Shown: positions 8,081-16,297, numbered from the stretch's first letter. The stretch: DNA of 24,000 nucleotides from Pyrinomonadaceae bacterium (GCA_036389315.1 DASVQF010000028.1:7429-31428), one strand, 5' to 3'. Notes: a model not told the origin generated them from the sequence alone. Program-made: numbers and translations.

Positions 8081-8881
8081 ATGGCAGGCTTGAGGCATAA
8101 AATCTGGATTATCGCGGCGCTGCTCCTGATGCCGTCGCTCGCCTTCGCTCAAAGCTCAAGGGCGAAGCGCACGGCCGCGACGCAGAAGACGCAAGGCGAT
8201 GCCGTGATCGTCTCGCGCGCCGACGAGCAGCCGGCCGCGCCCCTCATGACGAGCCACCAGGAGCTAGTCAAAGCCACAGAGACTTACAAGTCCAGCCTGA
8301 GAGAGCTGCTCGCGTTGCGTGAGAAAGGGGTCGCGCAGGCGGCCGAAGAGCTGGAAAAGTTGCGGGCGCTTTACAAAGACGGCATCATCTCGCGCCGCGA
8401 CTTTGAGAAGAGCGAAGCGGCATTGACGGAGCTTCGCGGAGGCGTCGAAGAGGTGCGCCAGAAGATCAGGGCGGCCGACCAGATGGTCGCCGAAGCCCTC
8501 ATCGAAGCGCAGGCGGCCGCCGCCCCCCCCGTGCAGGTCATGCCCCGTGGGAGCACTGTGAGAAGCGTCGCCTACATACGCTACGCCGGCTCCGGCAGTT
8601 GGTCTCTTTCCGAGGCCGCGAAGATAGAGAGCTTCTTCTACGGACAGTTCGGCCATCACCTGCCCGTGAGCGCCTTCGGGCAATCAGACCTGCATAACCG
8701 CTGGGGCTACGATCACCGTAACGCTATGGATGTCGCGCTGCACCCGGACAGCCGCGAAGGACAGGCCCTTATGGCCTACCTGAGCAGCCAGCGCATCCCC
8801 TTCCTGGCCTTCCGTCAAGCCGTCCCGGGCTCCGCCACTGGCCCACACATACACGTCGGCAAACCTTCAAGCAAGAACTGA
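8081..8881 (+). CDS. Secreted coiled-coil protein with a C-terminal D-Ala-D-Ala peptidase-like (M15/M74-type) metal site
   Basis: Signal peptide 'MAGLRHKIWIIAALLLMPSLAFA'; coiled-coil region; C-terminal 'NRWGYDHRNAMDVALHPDS...GPHIHVGKP' resembles the HxxxxxxD ... HxH zinc ligands. Confidence 0.6.
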   Translation: MAGLRHKIWIIAALLLMPSLAFAQSSRAKRTAATQKTQGDAVIVSRADEQPAAPLMTSHQELVKATETYKSSLRELLALREKGVAQAAEELEKLRALYKDGIISRRDFEKSEAALTELRGGVEEVRQKIRAADQMVAEALIEAQAAAAPPVQVMPRGSTVRSVAYIRYAGSGSWSLSEAAKIESFFYGQFGHHLPVSAFGQSDLHNRWGYDHRNAMDVALHPDSREGQALMAYLSSQRIPFLAFRQAVPGSATGPHIHVGKPSSKN

Positions 8882-8882
8882 A

Positions 8883-8965
8883 AAGCAATGCGGAAGGATG
8901 AGTGATGAAGGATGAATGAAAGACAAGTTGCTTTTCATTCCGCCTTCCGCCTTCATCCTTTCTTC
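8883..8965. repeat. Copy 2 of the 7-bp-unit imperfect palindrome
   Basis: aaagcaatgcggaaggatgagtgatgaaggatgaatgaaag-acaagttg-cttttcattccgccttccgccttcatcctttctt. Confidence 0.7.
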
Positions 8966-8966
8966 C

Positions 8967-9701
8967 CTAGTACCACGCCGGTTGTTTATCTATCAGGAGC
9001 TTTGATCTCGGGATGGAAAGATAGTCTTTGGCCCAGGCTTCTCTCTGCACTGGGCGGAAGTCATCCGTCAAGACGGCTTCTCGTCCGTCGAGCGGAACTT
9101 TGTTGGCCGAGAGCTTGCGGTAGTCGCGTGTGCGCCCGCGCACGCTCTCGTAATAATCTCTGAAGTGGACGGGCAAGACCCGCAAGCCTTCCGTCCAGTA
9201 GTAGACCCTGCCGAAGTAGGCCGCATGCAGCCACCGCTCCCACGGGCGCGGCAAGTACAGCTCAGCCTTCAAGCTCGCAGTGTAGAGCGGAAGCCACAGC
9301 ACGTAGATTCCGAGTCGCCCGTATTCGGCCGTGCGGTATTTGATCTTGTCCAGCGAGAGGCTGCTCAGTTGCACCTCTATGGCGACGGGCACGCCGTTGA
9401 TGTAGGCGCTGATGTCCGGCCGCACTGTGCCCAGGTTGCGCTCGATCTCGCATTTGGTGACGCGCTCGTGCGCCGACAGGCTTTCATAAATAGCCATCTT
9501 GCACAGGCGGTGTGCTTCGGATTCTCCCGTCCCGTATTCGCAGACGACGGGCGGCTGGTGTGCGAAGTGCGGCGCGCGCAAAGCGCCCTTGCGCAGCGTG
9601 ACCTGGCGGCCACAGCAATGACAGATAAAAGGTCTCTGCTCCCTGCTAGCTTCCCAGGCCGCGAGCTTAACTCCGTCAGCCTCTCTTCTGGCCGTCAGCA
9701 T
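8967..9701 (-). CDS. CoiA-like nuclease-domain protein
   Basis: 'PFICHCCGRQVTLRKGALRAPHFAH' (CoiA-like N-terminal zinc-binding region), 'SEAHRLCKMAIYESL', and nuclease motif 'RPDISAYINGVPVAIEVQLSSLSLDKIKYRTAEYGRLGIYVLWL'. Confidence 0.78.
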   Translation of the reverse strand: MLTARREADGVKLAAWEASREQRPFICHCCGRQVTLRKGALRAPHFAHQPPVVCEYGTGESEAHRLCKMAIYESLSAHERVTKCEIERNLGTVRPDISAYINGVPVAIEVQLSSLSLDKIKYRTAEYGRLGIYVLWLPLYTASLKAELYLPRPWERWLHAAYFGRVYYWTEGLRVLPVHFRDYYESVRGRTRDYRKLSANKVPLDGREAVLTDDFRPVQREAWAKDYLSIPRSKLLIDKQPAWY

Positions 9702-10167
9702 CTCTCTCAGGATCGTTAGCAGTAGTGTTGATGTCGAACTGTTCCAGGTATGAAAGGTCTAGCGTCCATTGATGGCAGCTACGACGATGCCACAGCTCGA
9801 AACAGCCTTCGACATAGAAGCTGGCGTCGGAGAGCGACCACCCGTTGACGCGTGCCAGGTGAGCGACGGCGCGGGCCTGATTGCCGCGTACGTGGGCCAA
9901 GCCTATGTGCTTGACTTCGTGGCAGGCCGGACAGAGCGCCAGGAGGCGGACGAGCTTCTGCACGCGCCGCTCATCATCATAGGCGAACACTTCATGACAT
10001 TCGACGGGCCACTTCCGTCCGCGCCCTCCGCACACTTCGCACGCGTAGCGCGCGCGCCTGAACGTCACCCGCTTGAGCCTCTCCCACTCGCCGGCCGAAA
10101 CGTTCGAGCGCACGTTGCGATACCAGGAAGACCTGGGCACAAGCTCGATGGTCAACAGCTCTTTCAC
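9676..10167 (-). CDS. HNH endonuclease
   Basis: 'RARYACEVCGGRGRKWPVECHEVFAYDDERRVQKLVRLLALCPACHEVKHIGLA'. Best start is GTG 10167, overlapping the TGA of the upstream exonuclease (GTGA). The N-terminal extension to 10389 in the ORF track lies inside the exonuclease gene. Confidence 0.8.
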   Translation of the reverse strand: MKELLTIELVPRSSWYRNVRSNVSAGEWERLKRVTFRRARYACEVCGGRGRKWPVECHEVFAYDDERRVQKLVRLLALCPACHEVKHIGLAHVRGNQARAVAHLARVNGWSLSDASFYVEGCFELWHRRSCHQWTLDLSYLEQFDINTTANDPERDADGQKRG

Positions 10168-10730
10168 TCGCGCGTCTCTCTTTGATCCCTGCTCATTGCC
10201 GCCAGTCTCTTGAGGAGTTGGCAGGTCGCCTGAACGTCGCGGGCGGCGCGGTGGTTGCCGCCTTCGAGCCCGAAAGCGGCGCAGGCTTCGCCGAGCGTCG
10301 GAGAGCGGCGCGTGCCCAGCATCCTTTTGACGAGCAGCATGGCGCAGCGCCAGCCGCGCTCCGTCGAAGCTTGATGATAGCGCGAGCATTCGGCCGCGAA
10401 GGCGCGACGGTCGAAGGCGGCGTTGTAGGCTATGAGCAGGCGGCCCGCGACCTGCCCGTCGAGCTGCGGCCAGATCTCCTCCCAGCGGGGCGCGCCTTCC
10501 AGCTCCGCGCGGTCGAAGCGATGGTGCTTGGACGGCGGCGGCAGAGCGTTGAAAGTGGGCCGCACGAGCGACTCGTAGATGATCTCGCCGTTCATGTCGC
10601 CGAGGGCGATCTCTATGATCTCGACCGTGGGCCCGGCCCCCACTGTCTCCGTGTCTATGACCAGGGCTCTATCGTTCAGCTCGTAAATCTCAAGCTGCGG
10701 GGTGTAGAGCTGTTTGACGTTAAAGTGCAT
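10164..10730 (-). CDS. DEDDh-family 3'-5' exonuclease (DnaQ-like)
   Basis: Motifs Exo I 'LVIDTET', Exo II 'LIAYNAAFDRR', Exo III 'HRAARDVQATCQL'. Confidence 0.88.
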   Translation of the reverse strand: MHFNVKQLYTPQLEIYELNDRALVIDTETVGAGPTVEIIEIALGDMNGEIIYESLVRPTFNALPPPSKHHRFDRAELEGAPRWEEIWPQLDGQVAGRLLIAYNAAFDRRAFAAECSRYHQASTERGWRCAMLLVKRMLGTRRSPTLGEACAAFGLEGGNHRAARDVQATCQLLKRLAAMSRDQRETRE

Positions 10731-10739
10731 GATTGATGG

Positions 10740-11954
10740 TTAATCCGAGATGAGAGCGTTGAGGGCCAACTCCACCGCGACCGGCTCCAGCCTGGTCTTA
10801 TAGATGATCGTGTGCGGCGGGACGCGCGTCAGTGGCTCGCGGCTGCCGCGCAAGTCGTCCCAGGCGGCAAGCAGGAAGTTGCGGACTGCGGCGTGCTCGA
10901 ACTCCTTCAATCTCTGCTGCAAGTGACGGGGCGTCCAGAAGCCCAGAATCTCAAGATAAAAAGTATGCCCCCGGTCGTCTGTGAGCACGAAGTCGGGAAT
11001 GAAGGCGCTCTCGCCGAGGTCTATGACTTTGCTGCTCGGCTCAAGAGTCCAGGCGCTCTCGAACCTGGCCCAAGCCTCCAACAGCTTCTCCTGCGCCGAA
11101 GACTCGCGCGCCCCGGCAGCGGCGAAGTAGTGCGAGCGCAGGAGCGTTTGATTGCTATCCAGCTCGAAGAAAGCTTTACCGCCACTGCCCGGCTTCTGTG
11201 CTATCTCCGCCCTCATGCGCCAGCCCTTGCAAAGCAGCAGCGCCGGAAGAAAGACTGCCATCTGCACGCCGTACTTCTGCGAGCGATGAAACATGGAGAC
11301 GGGCCCATCGAGCCGGATTTCGTAACCCGTCTCGGCGCTTCCCTTGATCGTGTGAATCAACCTGTAAGCCTTGATCGCGCCGAACAGCTCACGATAATTT
11401 TCCGGCCCCTGCGGCTCCACCTTGAGGTGCATTTCCAGGCAGCGATAGAGGAGCGCCTGTGCCTGGGCCAGGTTATAAAGATCGAGCAGCTCGCCTTTTG
11501 TCAGGTGCTCGAACTCCAAGAGCTTCTGGTTCGCGGGCAGGTCTGCGTAGAGCCCCGCCAGCACAGTCTCGGGCGCGCACCCGAGCGCGAGCGCCGTCTC
11601 TCGCAACACAGCCTCGCGCTCCTCCTCACTCTCGTCCGTGACCGGATGAAAGTGGCGCGCCTGAAGAAAGAGCGCCCGGCGAATCTCCACAGGGTCTACG
11701 GGGCTGGCGGTTTCAAACGTGCAGCGATCCATCAGAAGCTTGATGAGCCCGCGCAGGATTCTGTAGTCCGTGCCGAGCCCGACGTACTCTTCAAGAGCCT
11801 GGGCCAACTCCTGCCGGGTGCGCCCCTCGTGCTCTACGAAAAGCCTGATCAGCTCCTCGGCGTCGCGCAGGTAGCCCTCGTCCGTAGTCTCTATGTAGCG
11901 TGGGCCACAGCGCCCGCCGCGCTGCCAGCTCTGTGCCAGATCGGCCGTCAACAT
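10740..11954 (-). CDS. DUF790 / Bax1-like nuclease (partner of XPB helicase)
   Basis: N-terminus 'MLTADLAQSWQRGGRCGPRYIETTDEGYLRDAEELIRLFVEHEGRTRQELAQALEEYVGLGTDYRILRGLIKLLMDRCTF' and C-terminal PD-(D/E)XK-like 'AFIPDFVLTDDRGHTFYLEILGFWTPRHLQQRL' match my knowledge of DUF790/Bax1; adjacent to an XPB-like helicase gene. Confidence 0.82.
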   Translation of the reverse strand: MLTADLAQSWQRGGRCGPRYIETTDEGYLRDAEELIRLFVEHEGRTRQELAQALEEYVGLGTDYRILRGLIKLLMDRCTFETASPVDPVEIRRALFLQARHFHPVTDESEEEREAVLRETALALGCAPETVLAGLYADLPANQKLLEFEHLTKGELLDLYNLAQAQALLYRCLEMHLKVEPQGPENYRELFGAIKAYRLIHTIKGSAETGYEIRLDGPVSMFHRSQKYGVQMAVFLPALLLCKGWRMRAEIAQKPGSGGKAFFELDSNQTLLRSHYFAAAGARESSAQEKLLEAWARFESAWTLEPSSKVIDLGESAFIPDFVLTDDRGHTFYLEILGFWTPRHLQQRLKEFEHAAVRNFLLAAWDDLRGSREPLTRVPPHTIIYKTRLEPVAVELALNALISD

Positions 11955-11957
11955 AAC

Positions 11958-13379
11958 TTAGATGAACCTGCGCGCGCGGCTCGCCTCTTCGGTCGCGTGC
12001 CGCGCTTCGCGAAACTGACCGGCATCAGTCCTGCGCCTGCTGATGTTCTCCTCCGTGGTCTCGCTGGTGACGACTTCATAAAGAATCGCCTCCTTACCGG
12101 GCTGCTTGCGAAGTATGCGCCCGAGGCGCTGAATGTGCTCGCGCGATGAGCCTGAGCCGGAGAGGATGACGGCGACTGAAGCCTCTGGGATGTTGACCCC
12201 CTCGTTGAGCACCTTGGAAGTGGCGAGCGCAAGCACATCGCCCTGATTGAAAGCCTCTAGCCACTGGCGACGCTCCTTAATCCCCGTCTCATGCGTGATC
12301 GCAGGGATGAAGAACTGCTCGGAGATGCGATAGACCATCTCGTTCTCGGCCGTAAAGATCAAGGTGCGATCCCTCTTGTGGCGGCCGAGCAGTTGAGCGA
12401 GCACCCTCAGCTTGGCTTCCGTCCCCAAAGCTATGCGCTTCGACTCTCTGTAAGCGAGCATGGCGCGGCGTCCGGCTTCGCTGCGCGCGCTCGCGGCGAT
12501 AAACGTCTGCCAGCCGCGTAAAGAGCCCAGGTCTATACGCTTCTCCTGTAGAAAGCGCCGAAAGACTGCGCGCTCAGACTCGTACAGCTCGCGCTCTTCG
12601 GGACTGAGGCGGACGTTGATGCGAACGATACTATAGTCGGCCAGGTACTCGCCGGCCAGTTCGTGCGCCTCGCGCCGGTAAACGATTGGGCCAATCAATT
12701 GCTCAAGACTGTTCTCAGCGCCGTCGGCCCGCTCGGGCGTCGCCGTCAACCCCAGTCGAAAGGGCGCAATCGCCATCTCGGCCGCATAGCGATAGATGCT
12801 GCTCGGCAGGTGATGGCATTCGTCGAAGATGATGAGGCCGAACTGATTGCCCAGGCGCTCCATGAAGCGGAAGGCCGACGCGTAGGTCGTCACGGTCAAA
12901 GCTCCCGTCTCGTAGTAGCCGCCGCCGATCAATCCCACTTCGGCCTGAAAGCAGGAGAGCAGAAGGTCGTACCACTGGTTCATCAGGTCAATGGTCGGGA
13001 CGATGACGAGCGTGGAGCGTTTCGTCTGCTCGATGGCCATCTGCGCGACGAGGCTCTTGCCAGCGCCCGTCGGCAGCACTATCACGCCGCAGCGATTAGC
13101 CCTTCGCCACTCCTGTATCGACTGCTGCTGGTAAGGTCGCGGCTCGACCTGTAGCCGCACGGGGAAATCAAACTCAAGGTAGGCGCGCGCGCGATCCTCG
13201 TAAGGCACTTGCTGGCGAATGAGGTCTCGGACGACGTGGCGATAGGCCCAGGCCGGAGCGCGCCAGCGCATCACGCGCTCGTCCCAGCGAAACTGGGCCG
13301 GAACAACCGCCTCGCGCCCGGCTCCGTCCAGCAGCAACGTCCCCGCCTCGAACCGCAGTAACACATCCGTCGAACTCAT
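11958..13379 (-). CDS. XPB/Rad25-like superfamily 2 DNA helicase
   Basis: Walker A 'VLPTGAGKS', 'IIFDECHHLPS', 'LGLTATPERADG', 'ALATSKVLNEGVNIPEASVAVILSGSGSSREHIQRLGRILRK'; N-terminal 'LRPYQ'-like 'EPRPYQQQSIQEW'. Confidence 0.88.
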   Translation of the reverse strand: MSSTDVLLRFEAGTLLLDGAGREAVVPAQFRWDERVMRWRAPAWAYRHVVRDLIRQQVPYEDRARAYLEFDFPVRLQVEPRPYQQQSIQEWRRANRCGVIVLPTGAGKSLVAQMAIEQTKRSTLVIVPTIDLMNQWYDLLLSCFQAEVGLIGGGYYETGALTVTTYASAFRFMERLGNQFGLIIFDECHHLPSSIYRYAAEMAIAPFRLGLTATPERADGAENSLEQLIGPIVYRREAHELAGEYLADYSIVRINVRLSPEERELYESERAVFRRFLQEKRIDLGSLRGWQTFIAASARSEAGRRAMLAYRESKRIALGTEAKLRVLAQLLGRHKRDRTLIFTAENEMVYRISEQFFIPAITHETGIKERRQWLEAFNQGDVLALATSKVLNEGVNIPEASVAVILSGSGSSREHIQRLGRILRKQPGKEAILYEVVTSETTEENISRRRTDAGQFREARHATEEASRARRFI

Positions 13380-13453
13380 CTCGCAGTAGAGATTACCTCA
13401 CGCCCACGCCCGATTTCTAACGCGGCCGCGAAAAGCTCCTCGCCCTTCTCCTT

Positions 13454-14446
13454 CTACGCCGCCCGCTCCCTGGCGATCCTCTCCTGTAAAAAGGCCAGCA
13501 CTTCGCGCTTCTGACCCGTCGCCAATGCGTCCACGCTCTCCACCTTATATTTCTTCCCAAGCCAGTCCGAGAGCTGATCTTCCGTTTTACCCAGGCGGCG
13601 GCACGCGGCCAGAATCTCAACGCGAAGCTCAGCCTCCTCCGCGCCTGGCCCGGCAGCTTGCCTCTCATCCTGAGAAAACTTTCGCCCGCCGCCCGCCGTT
13701 GGCCCAACCGGAGCAGGCTGGGACGCCGCAGGCGCTTGTGGCGCAACCGCCGTCGAGGTGCTGATGAAATCTTCAACGTCCTGCGTGAAAAATTCAGAGG
13801 CGTTGACGGCCAGCAGAGTCGCCGCGATCAAAGAGCGTTTCTGCCCCATCTTCTGAATCGTGTTGACCTGATCTGCGATCTCAGCGTTGGGCACACGCCC
13901 GACTTGCTGGCTTTCGATCACAGGGTCGCCCGCGGAGAATTTCGCGCCGCAGCCCCCCTTCTTGCGGAAACAGAGCCAGCCACCGCCGTACTCCTCCTTG
14001 CCCTTGATGATCGCGGCCTGCGCGCACTCGGGGCAGACTCTCTGGGCTTCGCGGTAGCGGTACTTGGTCTCGCGCGAGTTGCAGGAGCCGTCGGCCTCGG
14101 CCACCAGCAGGTCGCCGCGAAAGAGCTGGCAGCGATAGAGGTAATAGAAGAAGGGCTCGCTGTTGTGATCTTCGCCCGTCCAATCCTCTATCCGCTCGAT
14201 CAACTGAAAGCGGGTGCTGAGACCAAAGAAGGTCGTCAGCTTCTCCGCGCCCGGCTTGAGCAGCGTGAGCTTGTCCGTGCCCGGAATCATCCCGTAGTCA
14301 ATGTCCTTCCTGAGCACCCGACTGACGAACTCCGTGATCGTATTGTAACGCTCGACGGCCAGCTCAATGGACATCGCCGGCATGAACTGCGAGCGATCAG
14401 CGGGCGCGAGCGCGCCCCTCATCTCCGGCGGCAACTCTTCATTCAT
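13454..14446 (-). CDS. Zinc-ribbon protein of a family often seen near SSB/recombination genes of mobile elements
   Basis: 'VERYNTITEFVSRVLRKDIDYGMIPGTDKLTLLKPGAEKLTTFFGL', zinc ribbon 'RVCPECAQAAIIKGKEEYGGGWLCFRKKGGCGAKF', and 'KRSLIAATLLAVNASEFFTQDVEDF'. Family association is from memory. Confidence 0.6.
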   Translation of the reverse strand: MNEELPPEMRGALAPADRSQFMPAMSIELAVERYNTITEFVSRVLRKDIDYGMIPGTDKLTLLKPGAEKLTTFFGLSTRFQLIERIEDWTGEDHNSEPFFYYLYRCQLFRGDLLVAEADGSCNSRETKYRYREAQRVCPECAQAAIIKGKEEYGGGWLCFRKKGGCGAKFSAGDPVIESQQVGRVPNAEIADQVNTIQKMGQKRSLIAATLLAVNASEFFTQDVEDFISTSTAVAPQAPAASQPAPVGPTAGGGRKFSQDERQAAGPGAEEAELRVEILAACRRLGKTEDQLSDWLGKKYKVESVDALATGQKREVLAFLQERIARERAA

Positions 14447-14525
14447 ATCATTCTCATCCGTGTGCGATGAACGCTTGGCCCAAAGGCGCGCGGTCGCGTG
14501 GGCCCATCCGGCTCGGGCCGAGATC

Positions 14526-14987
14526 TTAGAATGGGATCGAGTCTTCGTCTACGGCGGCCGTGCGCGCTGGAGGAACGCGACCTCCCGCCGGACGCGTGGA
14601 ATTCTGACTTCGCGACTGGTCGAACGAGCGCACCGGGATGCCTTCACGCTCGGCGCTCGCCCCGCCGTCGATGAACTGTACGTCGCTCGCATTGATTTCG
14701 AGCGTGTAGCGCGGCTTGCCTTCCTTGTCCGTCCACTCTTCCAGGTGCAGACGCCCTTCGACATAGGCGCTCCTGCCCTTGGACAGGTACTTCGAGACAG
14801 CCTCGGCCTGCTTGCCCCAGACCGTCACGCGGAACCAGGTGGTAGTGTCCTGCTGCTCGCCCCCGGCCCCTTTGCGCCGCTCGTTCGACGCGATGCTGAA
14901 GGTGCAGACGGGCGTGCCCTGCGGCGTGTATCGCATTTCGGGGTCGCGCCCCAGGTTCCCGACGACGATGATCTTGTTGAATGACAT
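14526..14987 (-). CDS. ssb: Single-stranded DNA-binding protein
   Basis: 'MSFNKIIVVGNLGRDPEMRYTPQGTPVCTFSIASNERRKG...TTWFRVTVWGKQAEAVSKYLSKGRSAYVEGRL', acidic tip 'DEDSIPF'. Start ATG 14987; the ORF-track start 15077 is upstream. Confidence 0.96.
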   Translation of the reverse strand: MSFNKIIVVGNLGRDPEMRYTPQGTPVCTFSIASNERRKGAGGEQQDTTTWFRVTVWGKQAEAVSKYLSKGRSAYVEGRLHLEEWTDKEGKPRYTLEINASDVQFIDGGASAEREGIPVRSFDQSRSQNSTRPAGGRVPPARTAAVDEDSIPF

Positions 14988-15078
14988 GCTCTTTTTATCC
15001 TCTCGCTTTTTAAAGCCGCTCCTGTTGCAAACGTAGGACAGTGTATCACACGCAGTTTCAACTGTATAGATTCCCATC

Positions 15079-15804
15079 TCAGCTTCTCAAATCGACGACC
15101 CAGGCTTGGGGAAGATACTTGTCGATCAAGTAGCCGTTGAAGTTGAGCCAGCGGGCCGCACGGTCGAGGATGGATGAATCGGAGGTCACGGCTACAGTCT
15201 CGGCAGACGCAGAGATTTCGGCGTCCGGGTTAAAGACTACTTCGACCGTCCAGGGCCAGGCGTGCTCCTGGGCCAAGTCTCTGACTTTCTGCGCGAGGCG
15301 TCCGCTGTTGGAGATGGGTTTGTCCAAGAGCCATCTGACGGAAGCGGGCCCTAGATGAGCGAGCGCCTCGCCCGTCATTTGCACAGCCCGCTCGGTCTCC
15401 TCCACTGAACGATAAGAGCCATGCACGCCGGACAAATCGCGCAGGCAATCGTCGCGACAGAGAATAACGAGGCCGCCCGAGAGAGCCGCTTCGAGGGTGA
15501 TGACGAGATTGAAGCCGTCGATGATTAGATGCTGGCCGCGCGCGGCCTCCACGGGCAGACGCCGCGCGCGCCGCTCTTCAAGGCTCTGCTCTGAGCAGGC
15601 GGCGCGCGCTACGGCCAGGCGTTGCCGCTCGGTCAGGCCGTGACGGTCGCCCACCAGTTTCAAAGCAGACTTCAGGCTGTAGCCGTGCGTCAGCAGCCAG
15701 GACAACTCCCGCACGGCGGCCCTCAGCGCCCCTTGCTGCCGAGCATGGAACAAGCGCCCGTCAGACGGGTGTGGCCCGCGATGCTGCCGATTATCAGGAC
15801 TCAA
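15079..15804 (-). CDS. DUF434/DUF5616 (COG2454-like) protein, possible PIN/NYN-like nuclease fold
   Basis: 'LRAAVRELSWLLTHGYSLKSALKLVGDRHGLTERQRLAVARAACSE' followed by 'LIIDGFNLVITLEAALSGGLVILCRDDCLRDLSGVHGSYR' and 'VAVTSDSSILDRA'. TTG start with AAGGAG upstream. Confidence 0.72.
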   Translation of the reverse strand: MSPDNRQHRGPHPSDGRLFHARQQGALRAAVRELSWLLTHGYSLKSALKLVGDRHGLTERQRLAVARAACSEQSLEERRARRLPVEAARGQHLIIDGFNLVITLEAALSGGLVILCRDDCLRDLSGVHGSYRSVEETERAVQMTGEALAHLGPASVRWLLDKPISNSGRLAQKVRDLAQEHAWPWTVEVVFNPDAEISASAETVAVTSDSSILDRAARWLNFNGYLIDKYLPQAWVVDLRS

Positions 15805-15922
15805 AGCGGAACTCCTTTCACTTCCGACCCGGCCGCCGAACGCCCGGTATTTTAATGCTTTTTTTCCTCTTTCGCTCTTGTCTCATGCGTGAAACATTGT
15901 GGCACAGCCGCACGAAACGTGC

Positions 15923-15928
15923 TATAAT
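15923..15928 (+). promoter_or_regulatory. Putative -10 box (TATAAT)
   Basis: Perfect TATAAT upstream of the SWIM-protein gene; the -35 region (cattgtgg) is weak and poorly spaced. Confidence 0.4.
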
Positions 15929-15962
15929 GCTTTCCATGAAAACGAGCATAAAAAAGAGAGAG

Positions 15963-16271
15963 ATGGGCAAGGTACACGTTTTCACGGCCGCTGAGCAGCG
16001 AGCGGCGCGCTCTGAGCGCATCAAGGTCTACGAGGCAGAGCCTTATGGTTGGATCGCCCGTTCGGAAGACGCGAGCGCGCAGCGTGACTATCACCTCTTC
16101 CGCGACCCCGAAACGAAACACCTGGCTTGCACCTGCGCGGACTTCATCTACAGGGGCAATGCCGAGCCGGGCTTTGAATGCAAGCACGTTTCGGCCGTGC
16201 TGAAGTTCATAGCGCGCTGGTACTTGGCCCATGAATACACACCTGAGCGTCAGCGGGCCCGCGTCGCCTGA
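15963..16271 (+). CDS. Small SWIM zinc-finger protein
   Basis: SWIM signature 'HLACTCADFIYRGNAEPGFECKHVSAVLKF' (CxC-x14-CxH). Start uncertain between ATG 15936 and ATG 15963. Confidence 0.75.
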   Translation: MGKVHVFTAAEQRAARSERIKVYEAEPYGWIARSEDASAQRDYHLFRDPETKHLACTCADFIYRGNAEPGFECKHVSAVLKFIARWYLAHEYTPERQRARVA

Positions 16272-16297
16272 TTCGTTCGACAAGGAGAGTTTTAGAG

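Noticed and set aside
8912-9163. 83-aa plus-strand ORF starting 'MNERQVAFHSAFRLHPF'
   Set aside because: Starts inside repeat copy 2 and then runs opposite the CoiA-like gene; artefact.
9676-10389. Long version of the HNH ORF as a fusion protein
   Set aside because: Its first 74 residues overlap the exonuclease in another frame and look non-coding; GTG 10167 is a better start.
10812-12149. 445-aa plus-strand ORF
   Set aside because: Antisense to the well-supported Bax1 gene; composition (Arg/Leu/Gln rich, no recognisable domain) fits high-GC mirror-frame artefact.
12663-13154. Plus-strand 163-aa ORF opposite the helicase
   Set aside because: Shadow ORF; the opposite strand carries helicase motifs Walker A and DECH.
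15900-15915. Sigma-54-like TGGCAC before the SWIM gene
   Set aside because: TGGCAC is present but no TTGC element lies at the required spacing.
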